DNA from: an uncultured Gammaproteobacteria bacterium
GTDB taxonomy: Bacteria; Patescibacteriota; Microgenomatia; Daviesbacterales; UBA10151
Length of the DNA: 64,000 nt
Direction of reading: 5' to 3'
Assembly: GCA_964415615.1 (NCBI GenBank)
Contig: CAYQAW010000005.1
Location: forward strand, 1,902 to 65,901
In this document: positions 17,531 through 30,020 of the stretch, one piece after another
Numbering within the stretch: the stretch's first letter is position 1
How the letters are laid out: every line of letters starts with the position of its first letter
Translations under genes and position numbers: made by a program
Notes under the pieces: generated by a model
What the model was told of the DNA's origin: nothing
The model's input: only the letters and a program-made list of their open reading frames with translations
Database searches by the model: none

Positions 17531-20356
17531 ATGATACAGAAAGTTAGAGTGCAAACAGTAATTGGTCCTGATTTAAAGGGTGACGGGATATTAAATGATA
17601 TCCAAAATATCTTAGGGATAAAAGAGGTTACCAAAGTTTCGGCAATTAAAGTTTACCGTTTAGAGGGAATTTCCAACAAAGAGGCAAAAATGCTGGCTGA
17701 TAAATTATTATGTGAATCAATCAACCAATCATGTGTTATAAATGAATCAATAGTTAACTCCAAAGCTAAGATGGTCGAAATAGCTTACCAACCAGGAGTA
17801 ATGAATCCCGAGGTTGCATCCATTATAAAAGCTGCTGGGGATTTAAAAATTAAACTTTTAGCCTGTGATAGTTCTTGGGAATATGCTTTTTTTGGTGTTT
17901 CTCAATCTGAAGCGATAGAAATTACTCAAAAACTTAAACTCTACAACCCTCTGATAGAGCACATAGTAAAAGAAGAACCGCTAACTTTAGTTATTAAAGG
18001 TAAGGCAGAAAAAACTCAAATTATTGCAATTAGAAATTGCACTGATGAGCAATTAATGGAATTATCCAAAGATAAACTATTTTTAAATTTGGAAGAAATG
18101 CAAACTATTAAAAAGCATTTTCAAAATATTAAAAGGGATCCTACTGATTTAGAGCTGGAAACTTTAGCTCAAACTTGGAGTGAGCATTCTGGGCATAAAA
18201 CTTTTAAAGCTAAAATTGTAGTAGATGGTAAAGAAAAAGATCCTCTAATAATAAGGCTTAAGAAAGAAGCTTTAAAGCATGATAAAAATATTGTTTCAGC
18301 ATTTTCTGATAACTCTGGGGTGATGGATTTTTACGATGGTTTCGGAATTTGTGGCAAAGTAGAAACCCATAATGCTCCTTCAGCTATAGAACCTTATGGG
18401 GGGGCTATGACTGGATCTGGAGGAGTGTTTAGGGATATTGCTGCAACTGGGAAGGGGGCAAAAAATATAGCCTCTACAGATATTTTCTGTTTTGCACCAC
18501 TTGATCTACCAGCAAAAGATTTACCAGCAGGGTGTTTGCCACCACAGTATTTATTAAAAAGGGTAGTTACTGGTGTTAAAGATTATGGAAATAGAATAGG
18601 AATTCCTACTAATAATGGATCTGTTCATTTCCATAAAGACTTCAGAGCTAAGCCTTCAGTAATTGTGGGAGCATATGGAATTGTTCCTAAAAAATATGCT
18701 TTAAAAGATGATCCCCAAAAAGATGATCTAATTATTACTGTGGGTGGCAGGACTGGCAGGGATGGTATTCATGGAGCTACTTTTTCCTCAGGCATAATGA
18801 GCGAAAAAACGATAGATGTACATTCATCTGCAGTTCAAATCGGAAATGCTATTGAGGAAAAAAGGACACTTGATGCGCTTTTGGAAGCCCGTGATCAAGG
18901 ACTTATAAGACTGGTCCAGGATTGTGGAGGTGGAGGTTTTTCTTCTGCTATTGGAGAGATAGGGGAAAGTTTGGGAGTTTCAATACAACTAGAGAAGGCT
19001 CCTTTGAAATATCCAGGACTTTCTCCTTGGGAAATTTGGGTGTCAGAATCTCAAGAGAGAATGATTGTGGTGCTGTCACAGAATAACTTAAAAGCTTTTG
19101 AAAAAGTTTGCAGAAAATACAATGCGGAAATGGCAGTATTAGGAAAATTTGATGGAAGCAAAAAATTAAAAGTAACTTTTGGTAAAGAGATTGTAGGTGA
19201 TTTGGATATGCAGTTTTTGCATCATGGGTTGCCAAAGAGAGTATTAAAAGCAAGTCATCAGCCATCAGTCATCAGCTATCAGACAAAACAAGTAAAAGAA
19301 CCAAAATCAGAAAAAGAATGGATCGGTGTTTTGAAAAAAGTATTAGCACATGGTAATGTTTGTTCAAAAGAACCAATTATTAGGTTATATGATCATTCGG
19401 TGCAGGGGACTAATGATTTACAGCCCTTTTCAGGAGTAAACCTTGATGGTCCAAATGATTCTCCAGTTTTAAGACCATTTTTGGATAAAAACTATGGCAT
19501 GATAATTTCACATGGCTTAAACCCAATTCTAAATAAAATAGATCCTTACTGGGGAAGTATCTGGGCAGCAACTGAAGCATTGTCTAATTTTGTAGCAGTT
19601 GGAGGAGACTACAAAAATGCATCTTTGATTAACAATTATATTTGGCCATTTCCAGATCCCGAGTCTTTATGGTCTTTGGACAGGTCTGTTGATGCAGTGG
19701 TAGATTTTATGAAAGTTTTTAAAATTCCAGTAATTTCTGGAAAAGATAGTTTGTCTTCAACTTATAGAAAGTCCAGTGGAGAGGTTATTAAAATCCCTCC
19801 AACACTTTGTATTTCTGTATTAGGAAAAATTAAAGATAGTAGAAAAACTGTGACTGCAGATTTTAAAAAAGTTGGATCAACAATAGTCTTAGTTGGGGAG
19901 CTTGACGAGCAATTGGGTGGATCAACCTATTTTGATGTTCAGGGGGTTCTAGGGTCTAATATACCTAGGATTGATTTGAAGATTTTACCAAAAACTTTTA
20001 ATGCTCTTTATAAGGGAATACATACAGGGAAAATCCTATCTTGCCATGATGTTTCAGAAGGTGGGATAATTTCTGCTATCTTTGAGATGTGTGTTGGAGG
20101 AAATTGTGGAGTAAAGATCGACAAAATTTCTCGATCGAAAAATTTTGATGAAACCATTTTTAATGAAACTGCAGGATGTTTTATTGTTGAGGTAGAAAAT
20201 GAAGGAATAGCAGAAAAACTTTTCAAAGATGTTCCTTATAAGATTATTGGAGGAACTAAAACAGAAAAAGAAATAGAAATAAAAAACATTTTTAAAGCAA
20301 ATGTTGATGACTTGAAAAAATCTTGGCAGGAACCAATGAAGGAAATGTTTCCATGA
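17531..20356 (+). CDS. purL: FGAM synthase subunit PurL with N-terminal PurS-like region
   Basis: QTWSEH, KVETHN, DGIHGA, SESQERM and SGKDS motifs. Confidence 0.95.
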   Translation: MIQKVRVQTVIGPDLKGDGILNDIQNILGIKEVTKVSAIKVYRLEGISNKEAKMLADKLLCESINQSCVINESIVNSKAKMVEIAYQPGVMNPEVASIIKAAGDLKIKLLACDSSWEYAFFGVSQSEAIEITQKLKLYNPLIEHIVKEEPLTLVIKGKAEKTQIIAIRNCTDEQLMELSKDKLFLNLEEMQTIKKHFQNIKRDPTDLELETLAQTWSEHSGHKTFKAKIVVDGKEKDPLIIRLKKEALKHDKNIVSAFSDNSGVMDFYDGFGICGKVETHNAPSAIEPYGGAMTGSGGVFRDIAATGKGAKNIASTDIFCFAPLDLPAKDLPAGCLPPQYLLKRVVTGVKDYGNRIGIPTNNGSVHFHKDFRAKPSVIVGAYGIVPKKYALKDDPQKDDLIITVGGRTGRDGIHGATFSSGIMSEKTIDVHSSAVQIGNAIEEKRTLDALLEARDQGLIRLVQDCGGGGFSSAIGEIGESLGVSIQLEKAPLKYPGLSPWEIWVSESQERMIVVLSQNNLKAFEKVCRKYNAEMAVLGKFDGSKKLKVTFGKEIVGDLDMQFLHHGLPKRVLKASHQPSVISYQTKQVKEPKSEKEWIGVLKKVLAHGNVCSKEPIIRLYDHSVQGTNDLQPFSGVNLDGPNDSPVLRPFLDKNYGMIISHGLNPILNKIDPYWGSIWAATEALSNFVAVGGDYKNASLINNYIWPFPDPESLWSLDRSVDAVVDFMKVFKIPVISGKDSLSSTYRKSSGEVIKIPPTLCISVLGKIKDSRKTVTADFKKVGSTIVLVGELDEQLGGSTYFDVQGVLGSNIPRIDLKILPKTFNALYKGIHTGKILSCHDVSEGGIISAIFEMCVGGNCGVKIDKISRSKNFDETIFNETAGCFIVEVENEGIAEKLFKDVPYKIIGGTKTEKEIEIKNIFKANVDDLKKSWQEPMKEMFP

Positions 20357-21105
20357 TAAAACCTAAAGTTCTAGTTTTAAAAGCAGATGGGACAAATAGG
20401 GATGAAGAAATGGCTTTTGCTTTTAAAGTTGCTGGAGCAAATCCACAAATAGTCCATATCAATGAATTAAGAGAAAATAAACAAAGCTTGGAAAATTTTC
20501 AGATACTCGCTCTACCAGGAGGTTTTGCTTATGGGGATGATATTGTCTCAGGAAAGATTTTAGCAATAGAGTTGACTTCATTTTTAGGTAAAGAGATGAA
20601 AAAATTTATAGAAAGGAAAGATACAGCAATTATTGGAGTTTGTAATGGGTTTCAGGTTTTGGTAAGAACAGGGCTTTTACCATTTAGGAAAATAGGAGAG
20701 ATGGATGTAACGCTGACCAATAATGACTCAGGACATTTTGAATGCAGATGGGTAAAAGTAAAAGTTAATAAAAATAATAATTCTAAATTATTAAAAGGAA
20801 TGGATGAAAAGATTTTATGGTTTCCCATAGCTCATGGGGAAGGCAAATTTTTTACAGATCAAAAAACTTTAAAAGAAGTAGAGGATAAAAATTTAGTGGC
20901 ATTTAGGTATATGGATAATCCAAATGGTTCTTTAAATGATATAGTTGGGATAACTGATCCAACAGGTAGAATCCTGGGAATGATGCCGCATCCAGAATGT
21001 TTTATAAGGGCAGAGCAGCATCCAAACTTTAGGCGTGGTAAAGTAGAGATAGATGGTTTACCTATTTTTGAAAATATAGTAAATCTTGTGAAAGGAAAAC
21101 TATGA
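20353..21105 (+). CDS. purQ: FGAM synthase glutaminase subunit
   Basis: PGGFAYGD, GVCNGFQ, AHGEG and MMPHPE motifs. Confidence 0.96.
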   Translation: MIKPKVLVLKADGTNRDEEMAFAFKVAGANPQIVHINELRENKQSLENFQILALPGGFAYGDDIVSGKILAIELTSFLGKEMKKFIERKDTAIIGVCNGFQVLVRTGLLPFRKIGEMDVTLTNNDSGHFECRWVKVKVNKNNNSKLLKGMDEKILWFPIAHGEGKFFTDQKTLKEVEDKNLVAFRYMDNPNGSLNDIVGITDPTGRILGMMPHPECFIRAEQHPNFRRGKVEIDGLPIFENIVNLVKGKL

Positions 21106-22634
21106 TAATACTTATAGATTTTGGGTCACAAACAACACATTTAATATTAAGAAGAATTAGGGAACTTGGGGTAGAAGTTTTAATTACTATTCCTGAGTTG
21201 GCTCTACAAAAAATTGAAGAAGTAAATCCTAAAGGAATTATATTATCAGGTGGTCCTGCATCAGTCTATGAAAAAGACTCTCCTATAATTGATCCAAAGA
21301 TTTTTAAAATAGGCATTCCGGTTTTAGGAATTTGTTATGGACAACAGTTAATGTGCCACCTATTAGGAGGAGAAGTAAAAGCAGGATATAAAAAGGAATA
21401 TGGACCAGCTGAGCTAAGGATAAAGGGTGAAGGGGAAAGGGGGAAGCTATTGGAGGGTATACCAAGTGGGATTACTGTGTGGATGAGTCATGGAGATGAG
21501 GTGGTAAAGATACCAGAGGGCTTTGAAACTGTTGCAACAACTAAAACAATTCCTCATGCAGCAATAGAAAATAAAAAAGAAAAACTTTATGGAATTCAGT
21601 TTCACCCAGAAGTAGTCCATACTGAGCATGGGGGAGAGCTTTTAGAAAACTTCCTGAAAATTTGTGGGTTAGCTATTACAAAACAAGAAATAAACAAAGA
21701 ATTTGTGGATGGTCTTATCAAAGATATAAAAGATTCTGCTTTAGAGGATAAAGCAATTTGTGCTCTGTCTGGAGGGGTGGATTCTTCTGTGGCAGCACTT
21801 TTAGTCTATAAAGCAATTGGCAAAAATCTAGCATCTTTTTATATAAACTCAGGATTGATGAGAGAAAACGAGACAGAGACTTTGAGGGAAGTTTTTAAAA
21901 ATGATTATGATATGGATATAGAAATTATTGAAGCAAAGCATGAATTTTTAAAAAGCTTAAAAGGAGTTACTGACCCAGAGCAGAAAAGAAAAGCAATTGG
22001 TAAAACTTTTATAGAAAGTTTTGATATTGCTGCTAAAAAAACTGGAGCAAAGTTTTTAGTACAGGGGACAATTTATCCAGATGTGATTGAGTCTGCAGGC
22101 AGTAAGTATTCTCAGGTAATAAAATCTCATCATAATGTTGGAGGGCTGCCTGAAAATATGAATTTGGTATTACTTGAGCCTTTGAGGAATTTTTATAAAG
22201 ATGAGGTAAAAAAGATAGGTAAGATTTTAGGTCTGCCAGATAAAATTTTAAACAGGCAGCCTTTTCCAGGTCCAGGACTTGCTGTCAGAATTATTGGGGA
22301 AGTAACAGAAAATAAGTTAGAAATTTTAAGAAAAGCAGATAAAATTGTTCAAGAGGAAATTCAAAAAACAAAGTTAGAAGGAAGTCTTTGGCAAGTATTT
22401 GCTGTATTTACTGGGATCAAGACAACAGGGGTCAGAGGTGATGAGAGGGCATATGGAGAAACTATTGCCATAAGAGCCATTGAAGCCCAGGATGCTATGT
22501 CTGCCAATTTTGCCAAACTGCCTTATGAGGTTTTAGAAAAAATCAGTTTAAGAATTGTCACAGAAGTACCAGAAGTAAACAGAGTTGTTTATGATATTAC
22601 CAATAAACCCCCAGCCACTATGGAATGGGAATAA
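21102..22634 (+). CDS. guaA: GMP synthase (glutamine-hydrolysing)
   Basis: DFGSQ, GICYGQQ, QFHPE, SGGVDS and KPPATMEWE motifs. Confidence 0.97.
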   Translation: MIILIDFGSQTTHLILRRIRELGVEVLITIPELALQKIEEVNPKGIILSGGPASVYEKDSPIIDPKIFKIGIPVLGICYGQQLMCHLLGGEVKAGYKKEYGPAELRIKGEGERGKLLEGIPSGITVWMSHGDEVVKIPEGFETVATTKTIPHAAIENKKEKLYGIQFHPEVVHTEHGGELLENFLKICGLAITKQEINKEFVDGLIKDIKDSALEDKAICALSGGVDSSVAALLVYKAIGKNLASFYINSGLMRENETETLREVFKNDYDMDIEIIEAKHEFLKSLKGVTDPEQKRKAIGKTFIESFDIAAKKTGAKFLVQGTIYPDVIESAGSKYSQVIKSHHNVGGLPENMNLVLLEPLRNFYKDEVKKIGKILGLPDKILNRQPFPGPGLAVRIIGEVTENKLEILRKADKIVQEEIQKTKLEGSLWQVFAVFTGIKTTGVRGDERAYGETIAIRAIEAQDAMSANFAKLPYEVLEKISLRIVTEVPEVNRVVYDITNKPPATMEWE

Positions 22635-22636
22635 AA
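22599..22636 (+). repeat. Direct repeat copy 1: guaA 3' end (copy 2 at 23190-23227)
   Basis: accaataaacccccagccactatggaatgggaataaaa vs accaacaaacccccagttactatggaatgggaataaaa, 35/38 identical. Confidence 0.92.
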
Positions 22637-22640
22637 ATAA

Positions 22641-22954
22641 ATGGATACAAAAATCATTCGCGAAAAAATTATTAAAAGTGAATTTGATCTTTCAGAACAT
22701 GCGCATAAGGAACGCCAGATCGAACAAATAACTATCAAAGAGATAGAGCAAACTATTTTAGAAAATGATATAATTGAAAAGTATCCAAAAGATCCAAGAG
22801 GTCCAAGTTGTCTAATTGGAAACGCTAGTTTGCACGTTGTTTGTGGATTCAGAAATGCTAGACTGCTTGTAGTTACAGTCTACCCTACCGACCAGTAACC
22901 CCAACTTGGAAGGATTATAAAACAAGAGTAAAGGAGTTAAAAAGCCGTGTCTAA
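22641..22954 (+). pseudogene. DUF4258-type toxin frameshifted by a 5-bp tandem duplication
   Basis: SEHA..IIEKYPKDPRGPSCLI..LHVVC..VTVY; removing one CTACC (22880-22889) restores YRPVTPTWKDYKTRVKELKSRV* overlapping the antitoxin start. Confidence 0.8.
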
Positions 22955-23183
22955 ATGTTATTTTTGTGGGGGGAATACTCAAATAAAAAAGATTGATATA
23001 GACTTCAGATGGGGAGATAAACTTTATGTGATTCAAAAAGTTCCCGTAGAAGTTTGTACCAGATGTGGTGAAAGATATTATTCTGCCAAGGTATCTCATA
23101 AGATCGATAAAATAGTTCAAGAAAGCTCTAAGACTAAAAAGCCTAAAAGGATTATTGAAGTTCCTGTTTTTAACTTTGCCTAG
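22947..23183 (+). CDS. YgiT/MqsA-type zinc-finger antitoxin
   Basis: CYFCGG...VPVEVCTRCGERYY...EVPVFNF. Confidence 0.88.
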   Translation: MSKCYFCGGNTQIKKIDIDFRWGDKLYVIQKVPVEVCTRCGERYYSAKVSHKIDKIVQESSKTKKPKRIIEVPVFNFA

Positions 23184-23227
23184 AATTTCACCAACAAACC
23201 CCCAGTTACTATGGAATGGGAATAAAA

Positions 23228-25582
<2,355 letters not shown>

Positions 25583-26674
25583 ATGAATAAACCACAAATA
25601 ACAATAGTAGTATTGGGTAGCCATTCCGCACTGGATGTATGCCGTGGCGCTAAAGATGAAGGTTTTAATACTTTAGTTATTGTTCAAAAGGGTAGAGATA
25701 AAACATATGCAAAGTACTTTAAAACTCAAGGTGAGGTTGGTTGTGTTGATGAGGTTATAGAACTGGAAAAATTTGTTGATATTTTAAAGCCAGAAGTTCA
25801 AGAACAATTATTAAAAAGAAATGCTATATTTGTTCCTCATAGATCTTTTGAAGTTTATATTAACGATTACAATGCAATTGAAAAAAAGTTTAAAGTACAA
25901 ATGTTTGGCAACAGATTTTTACTTAAGTCAGAAGAAAGAGGAGTAAAACCCAATCAATATGATTTATTGGATGAGGCAAAGATCCGTTATCCTAAACAAT
26001 TCAAGGATCCAAAAGAAATAGATAGGCTTTGTATAGTAAAAGTATTGGAAAAGATGAGAGGGTTTGAGAGAGCGTTTTTCTTTGCATCCTCTTTTGAAGA
26101 GTATCAAGCAGGAATAACCCATGGACTGGGTTTAGGGAAGTTTACAGAAGAACAAGTAAAAAATGCAGTGATAGAAGAGTTTATAGTGGGAGTTCAGGTT
26201 AATTTTAATTTCTTTTATTCACCAATTAACAAAAGAGTTGAATTAATAGGTACTGATACTAGAAGACAAACAAATATAGAGGGTTTAACTAAATTACCTT
26301 CCATTTACGAGCAGGAGTTAATGAAGAAAATAGAAGTAAAGTATGAAGAAGCAGGACATATTGCAGTAACAGTTTTAGAATCGTTGCTTGAAGATGCTTA
26401 TGCTTTGGGAGAAAGATTTGTTGAGGCTTCACAAAAATTATATATACCTGGTGTAATAGGCCCATTTGGTTTGCAAACTATGATAACAGCAGGTCCTCCT
26501 AAAAAAGAAATAATTGTTTTTGATGTGTCTCCCAGAATGCCAGGATCCCCTGGAATATTTGCTACTCCTTATAGCGGGTATTTGTATGGTAAAAATATTA
26601 GTATGGGAAAAAGGGTAGCAATGGAAATAAGATATGCTTTAGAAAAAGGAGAAATAGAAAAAGTACTAACATGA
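25583..26674 (+). CDS. Second PurP-like ATP-grasp protein (DUF1297 family)
   Basis: GSHSALDVCRGAKDEGF, FERAFF, GTDTRRQTN and DVSPRMPGSPG motifs. Confidence 0.85.
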   Translation: MNKPQITIVVLGSHSALDVCRGAKDEGFNTLVIVQKGRDKTYAKYFKTQGEVGCVDEVIELEKFVDILKPEVQEQLLKRNAIFVPHRSFEVYINDYNAIEKKFKVQMFGNRFLLKSEERGVKPNQYDLLDEAKIRYPKQFKDPKEIDRLCIVKVLEKMRGFERAFFFASSFEEYQAGITHGLGLGKFTEEQVKNAVIEEFIVGVQVNFNFFYSPINKRVELIGTDTRRQTNIEGLTKLPSIYEQELMKKIEVKYEEAGHIAVTVLESLLEDAYALGERFVEASQKLYIPGVIGPFGLQTMITAGPPKKEIIVFDVSPRMPGSPGIFATPYSGYLYGKNISMGKRVAMEIRYALEKGEIEKVLT

Positions 26675-28188
26675 GTGGCAAAAAATATGCATTAGTTAGT
26701 GTTTATGACAAAACCGGAATTGTTGATTTTGCTAGAGTTTTGACAAAATTAGGGTATGAAATTATTTCTACAGGTGGGACATTAGAAGTTTTAACAAAAG
26801 ACGGGATAAAAGTTACACCAATTGAAGAGATAACAGGAAATCCCAGAGATTCTTTTGATGGCAGGATGAAAACGATCAGTTTTCAGATAGAATCAGGTCT
26901 TTTATATGATAGAAAAAATCACCAACATGTTGAGCAAGCTGAAAAATTAAATATTCCTCAAATAGATATAGTAGTTTGTAATTTTTATCCGTTTGAGCAA
27001 AAACCTGGTATTGAAACAATAGATGTAGGCGGGCCTACTATGATTAGGGCAGCTGCTAAAAATTATGAAAACGTACTAGTAATAGTTGACCCTAGTGATT
27101 ACAAAGAAGACTTAAACGTCTTGAATGAACAAAGTCAGCAATTAGCAGCTAAAGCTTTTTACCATCTTTCATTTTATGATAGCCAGATAGGTAAGTTTTT
27201 CTCCAAAGAGAAATTTCCCAAAGAAGTAACTGTGCCACTGCGAAAAACTAATATCTTGAGGTATGGAGAAAATCCTCATCAGGAAGGGGCTTTATATTTA
27301 ATACCCAATACTAATTCACCATTTGCTAAATTAAAACACCTTTGGGGTAGGGAATTATCTGGCACAAATATTGGTGATATTCAAGCGGGTCTGGAAACTG
27401 TCAGACAATTTAGGCAACCTGCTGCTTGTGTAATTAAACATTTAAGCCCTTGTGGGATAGCAACTGGTGCAGATGTTAGAGAGGCTTTATATTATGCTAT
27501 TGAAGCAGACCCTGTTTCCGCTTTTGGAGGAGTGATTGTTTTAAACAAAGTAATGGATTTAGAAGCTGCCAAGAATGTGGCAACGTTTAAAAATGAAAGG
27601 GAAGAAAATATAGATATTGTAGCTGTGCCAGATGTAACTCCTGATGCTTTAGAACTTTTGAAAAAGGTTAGGAAGAGTATGGGAGTTTATACTTTTGGGG
27701 AGATTGAAGATAAAAGAAGTGAAAAGTGGGATCTAAAATATTTTGCAGGAGCAGTGCTTTTGCAGGATTTTGATGATAATGTAGAGGATAGTTTTAAAGA
27801 CTGGAAAGTGGTGACTAAAGAGAAACCCACAGAAAAGCAGCTGCAGCAAATGCAGTTTGGTTTTAAATGCGTAAAAGCTGTGCGTTCTAATGCAGTGATT
27901 GTGATTGATAAAGATATTCCGATGACCCGTGGTATTGGTTCTGGACAAACTTCCAGAGTTGGTGCTACCAAAATTGCTTTAGAGCAAGCTGGGGATCTAG
28001 CAAAAGGTGGAATTTTAATAAGTGATAGCTTTTTCCCATTTGATGACAGTGTAAATTTAGCAGCAAAATATGGAATTGGTGCAATAGTTGAGCAGGGTGG
28101 GTCTATAAATGATAAACTTTCAATAGAGGCAGCTGATCAAGCAGAAATACCAATGGTATTTACAGGAAGGAGAGCATTTAGACACTAA
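26671..28188 (+). CDS. purH: Bifunctional AICAR transformylase/IMP cyclohydrolase
   Basis: SVYDKTG, IDVGGPTMIRAAAKN, RYGENPHQ, KH.SPCG and SDSFFPF motifs. Confidence 0.95.
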   Translation: MSGKKYALVSVYDKTGIVDFARVLTKLGYEIISTGGTLEVLTKDGIKVTPIEEITGNPRDSFDGRMKTISFQIESGLLYDRKNHQHVEQAEKLNIPQIDIVVCNFYPFEQKPGIETIDVGGPTMIRAAAKNYENVLVIVDPSDYKEDLNVLNEQSQQLAAKAFYHLSFYDSQIGKFFSKEKFPKEVTVPLRKTNILRYGENPHQEGALYLIPNTNSPFAKLKHLWGRELSGTNIGDIQAGLETVRQFRQPAACVIKHLSPCGIATGADVREALYYAIEADPVSAFGGVIVLNKVMDLEAAKNVATFKNEREENIDIVAVPDVTPDALELLKKVRKSMGVYTFGEIEDKRSEKWDLKYFAGAVLLQDFDDNVEDSFKDWKVVTKEKPTEKQLQQMQFGFKCVKAVRSNAVIVIDKDIPMTRGIGSGQTSRVGATKIALEQAGDLAKGGILISDSFFPFDDSVNLAAKYGIGAIVEQGGSINDKLSIEAADQAEIPMVFTGRRAFRH

Positions 28189-29573
28189 TGAGAAAAGATT
28201 TTACAACTTATACCTCACCTTTTTCCTGGAGATATGGATCAGTGCAGATGAGAAAAATATTTTCAGAAGAGAAAAAATACAGACTTTGGAGAAAGATTTG
28301 GGTGGAACTTGCTAGGGCTCAAAATAAACTGGGGCTGGTTTCTACTGAAGAACTGAAAGATCTTGAAGATAATCAGGAAAATATTGATATAGATAGAATT
28401 TGGGAGATAGAAAAAGATACCCGTCATGATGTGGTGGCAGCCATTAAAGAGTTCGCCGAGAAAGCCAAAATTGGAGGAGGAAAAATTCACCTCGGGGCTA
28501 CCTCTATGGATATTAATGATAATGCAGAAACTATTAGAATTACCCAAGCCTTAAACTTAATAGAAAAAGAACTATTAAATGTTATTAAAGCTTTTGGTAA
28601 AAAAGTGGAACAATATGCTGATTTTGTATGTATGGGTTATACCCATTTGCAATCAGCAGAACCAACCACTTTAGGTTACAGGTTTGCTTTCTATGCACAA
28701 GATTTATTAATGGATTTAGAGCTTTTAGAATTTGTAAAGAAAAACTTAAAAGGCAAAGGATTAAAAGGAGCTGTAGGAACTTCAGCCAGTTATGCTAAGT
28801 TGGCAGGTATAGAAGAAGCTTCTGAGATGGAAGGATTAGTAATGGAAAAATTAGGAATTGAGATTATCGAGGTTGCCAATCAAACATATCCAAGAAAAAT
28901 TGATTTATTAGTTGCGAATTTACTTTCATCTATTGCCCAATCTTTATACAAATTTGCTTTTGATTTAAGAATTATGCAATCTCCAGGATTTGGAGAGTGG
29001 CAGGAGCCTTTTGGTAAATTTCAAGTAGGCTCATCTGCTATGCCTTTCAAGAAAAATCCAATCAAGTCTGAGCAGATTTGTTCCTTATCTAGGTTAGTAG
29101 TTAGCCTGTCTAGAACCAGTTGGGATAATGCTGCACATATGTTGCTTGAGCGAACTTTGGATGATTCAGCAAACAGAAGAATAGCTATTCCTGAGATGTT
29201 TTTGGGGCTGGATGAAATGTTAACTTCTGCAATAGATATAGTTGAGGGTTTAACGATTAACGATAAACGAATAACGAAGAACATATTAACCTATTGGCCT
29301 TTTTCAGCCAGTGAAGCAATAATTATTGAGTCAGTAAAAAAAGGCGCAGATAGGCAAAAAATGCATGAGGAGTTAAGAGAGATTTCTATGAGAGCATGGG
29401 AGGATATTGCTGAAGGTAGCTCTAATCCCATGGAAGATTTACTGAAAGAGAATTCATATATAGGACAGTTTCTAAAACCAATAGAAATTACTAACTTGCT
29501 GGATGCTCAAAATCATATTGGTAATGCTAATAAAAAAGCTTTAGAATTAGTAGGTAAAATAGCAAAACTATGA
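28188..29573 (+). CDS. purB: Adenylosuccinate lyase
   Basis: RHDV, HLGATS, THLQ and GSSAMPFKKNP motifs. Confidence 0.96.
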   Translation: MRKDFTTYTSPFSWRYGSVQMRKIFSEEKKYRLWRKIWVELARAQNKLGLVSTEELKDLEDNQENIDIDRIWEIEKDTRHDVVAAIKEFAEKAKIGGGKIHLGATSMDINDNAETIRITQALNLIEKELLNVIKAFGKKVEQYADFVCMGYTHLQSAEPTTLGYRFAFYAQDLLMDLELLEFVKKNLKGKGLKGAVGTSASYAKLAGIEEASEMEGLVMEKLGIEIIEVANQTYPRKIDLLVANLLSSIAQSLYKFAFDLRIMQSPGFGEWQEPFGKFQVGSSAMPFKKNPIKSEQICSLSRLVVSLSRTSWDNAAHMLLERTLDDSANRRIAIPEMFLGLDEMLTSAIDIVEGLTINDKRITKNILTYWPFSASEAIIIESVKKGADRQKMHEELREISMRAWEDIAEGSSNPMEDLLKENSYIGQFLKPIEITNLLDAQNHIGNANKKALELVGKIAKL

Positions 29574-30019
29574 AACAAGTTTTAATAATAGCTGGCTCTG
29601 ATTCTGATGTACATGTAATGAAAGATGCTGCGAAAGTTTTAGAAGAATTTGGAGTAGAGTATGAGCTTACAATTTCTTCCGCTCATAGGTCTCCAGAAAG
29701 AACTAGGGAGTTGGTAGAAGATGCTAAAAGCAGTGGAGTAAAAGTGATTATTGCAGGGGCTGGGATGGCAGCCCACTTAGCAGGTGTTATAGCAGCGCAG
29801 TTTCCTTTGCCAGTTATTGGGGTACCTTTACAAAGTGGAGTATTAGGTGGGGTTGATGCTTTGCTTTCTACTATGCAAATGCCATCAGGTGTTCCTGTTG
29901 CAACTGTTGCTATTAATGGAGCTAAAAATGCAGGAATCTTGGCAGTACAAATTTTGGCAACTTCAGATAAAAATTTAGAAGAAAAATTAATTGAGTTTAA
30001 AAAGAAACTGGCATTTTAA
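29570..30019 (+). CDS. purE: PurE (N5-CAIR mutase/AIR carboxylase)
   Basis: GSDSD, SAHRSP, AGMAAHL and QMPSGVPVATV motifs. Confidence 0.96.
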   Translation: MKQVLIIAGSDSDVHVMKDAAKVLEEFGVEYELTISSAHRSPERTRELVEDAKSSGVKVIIAGAGMAAHLAGVIAAQFPLPVIGVPLQSGVLGGVDALLSTMQMPSGVPVATVAINGAKNAGILAVQILATSDKNLEEKLIEFKKKLAF

Positions 30020-30020
30020 A

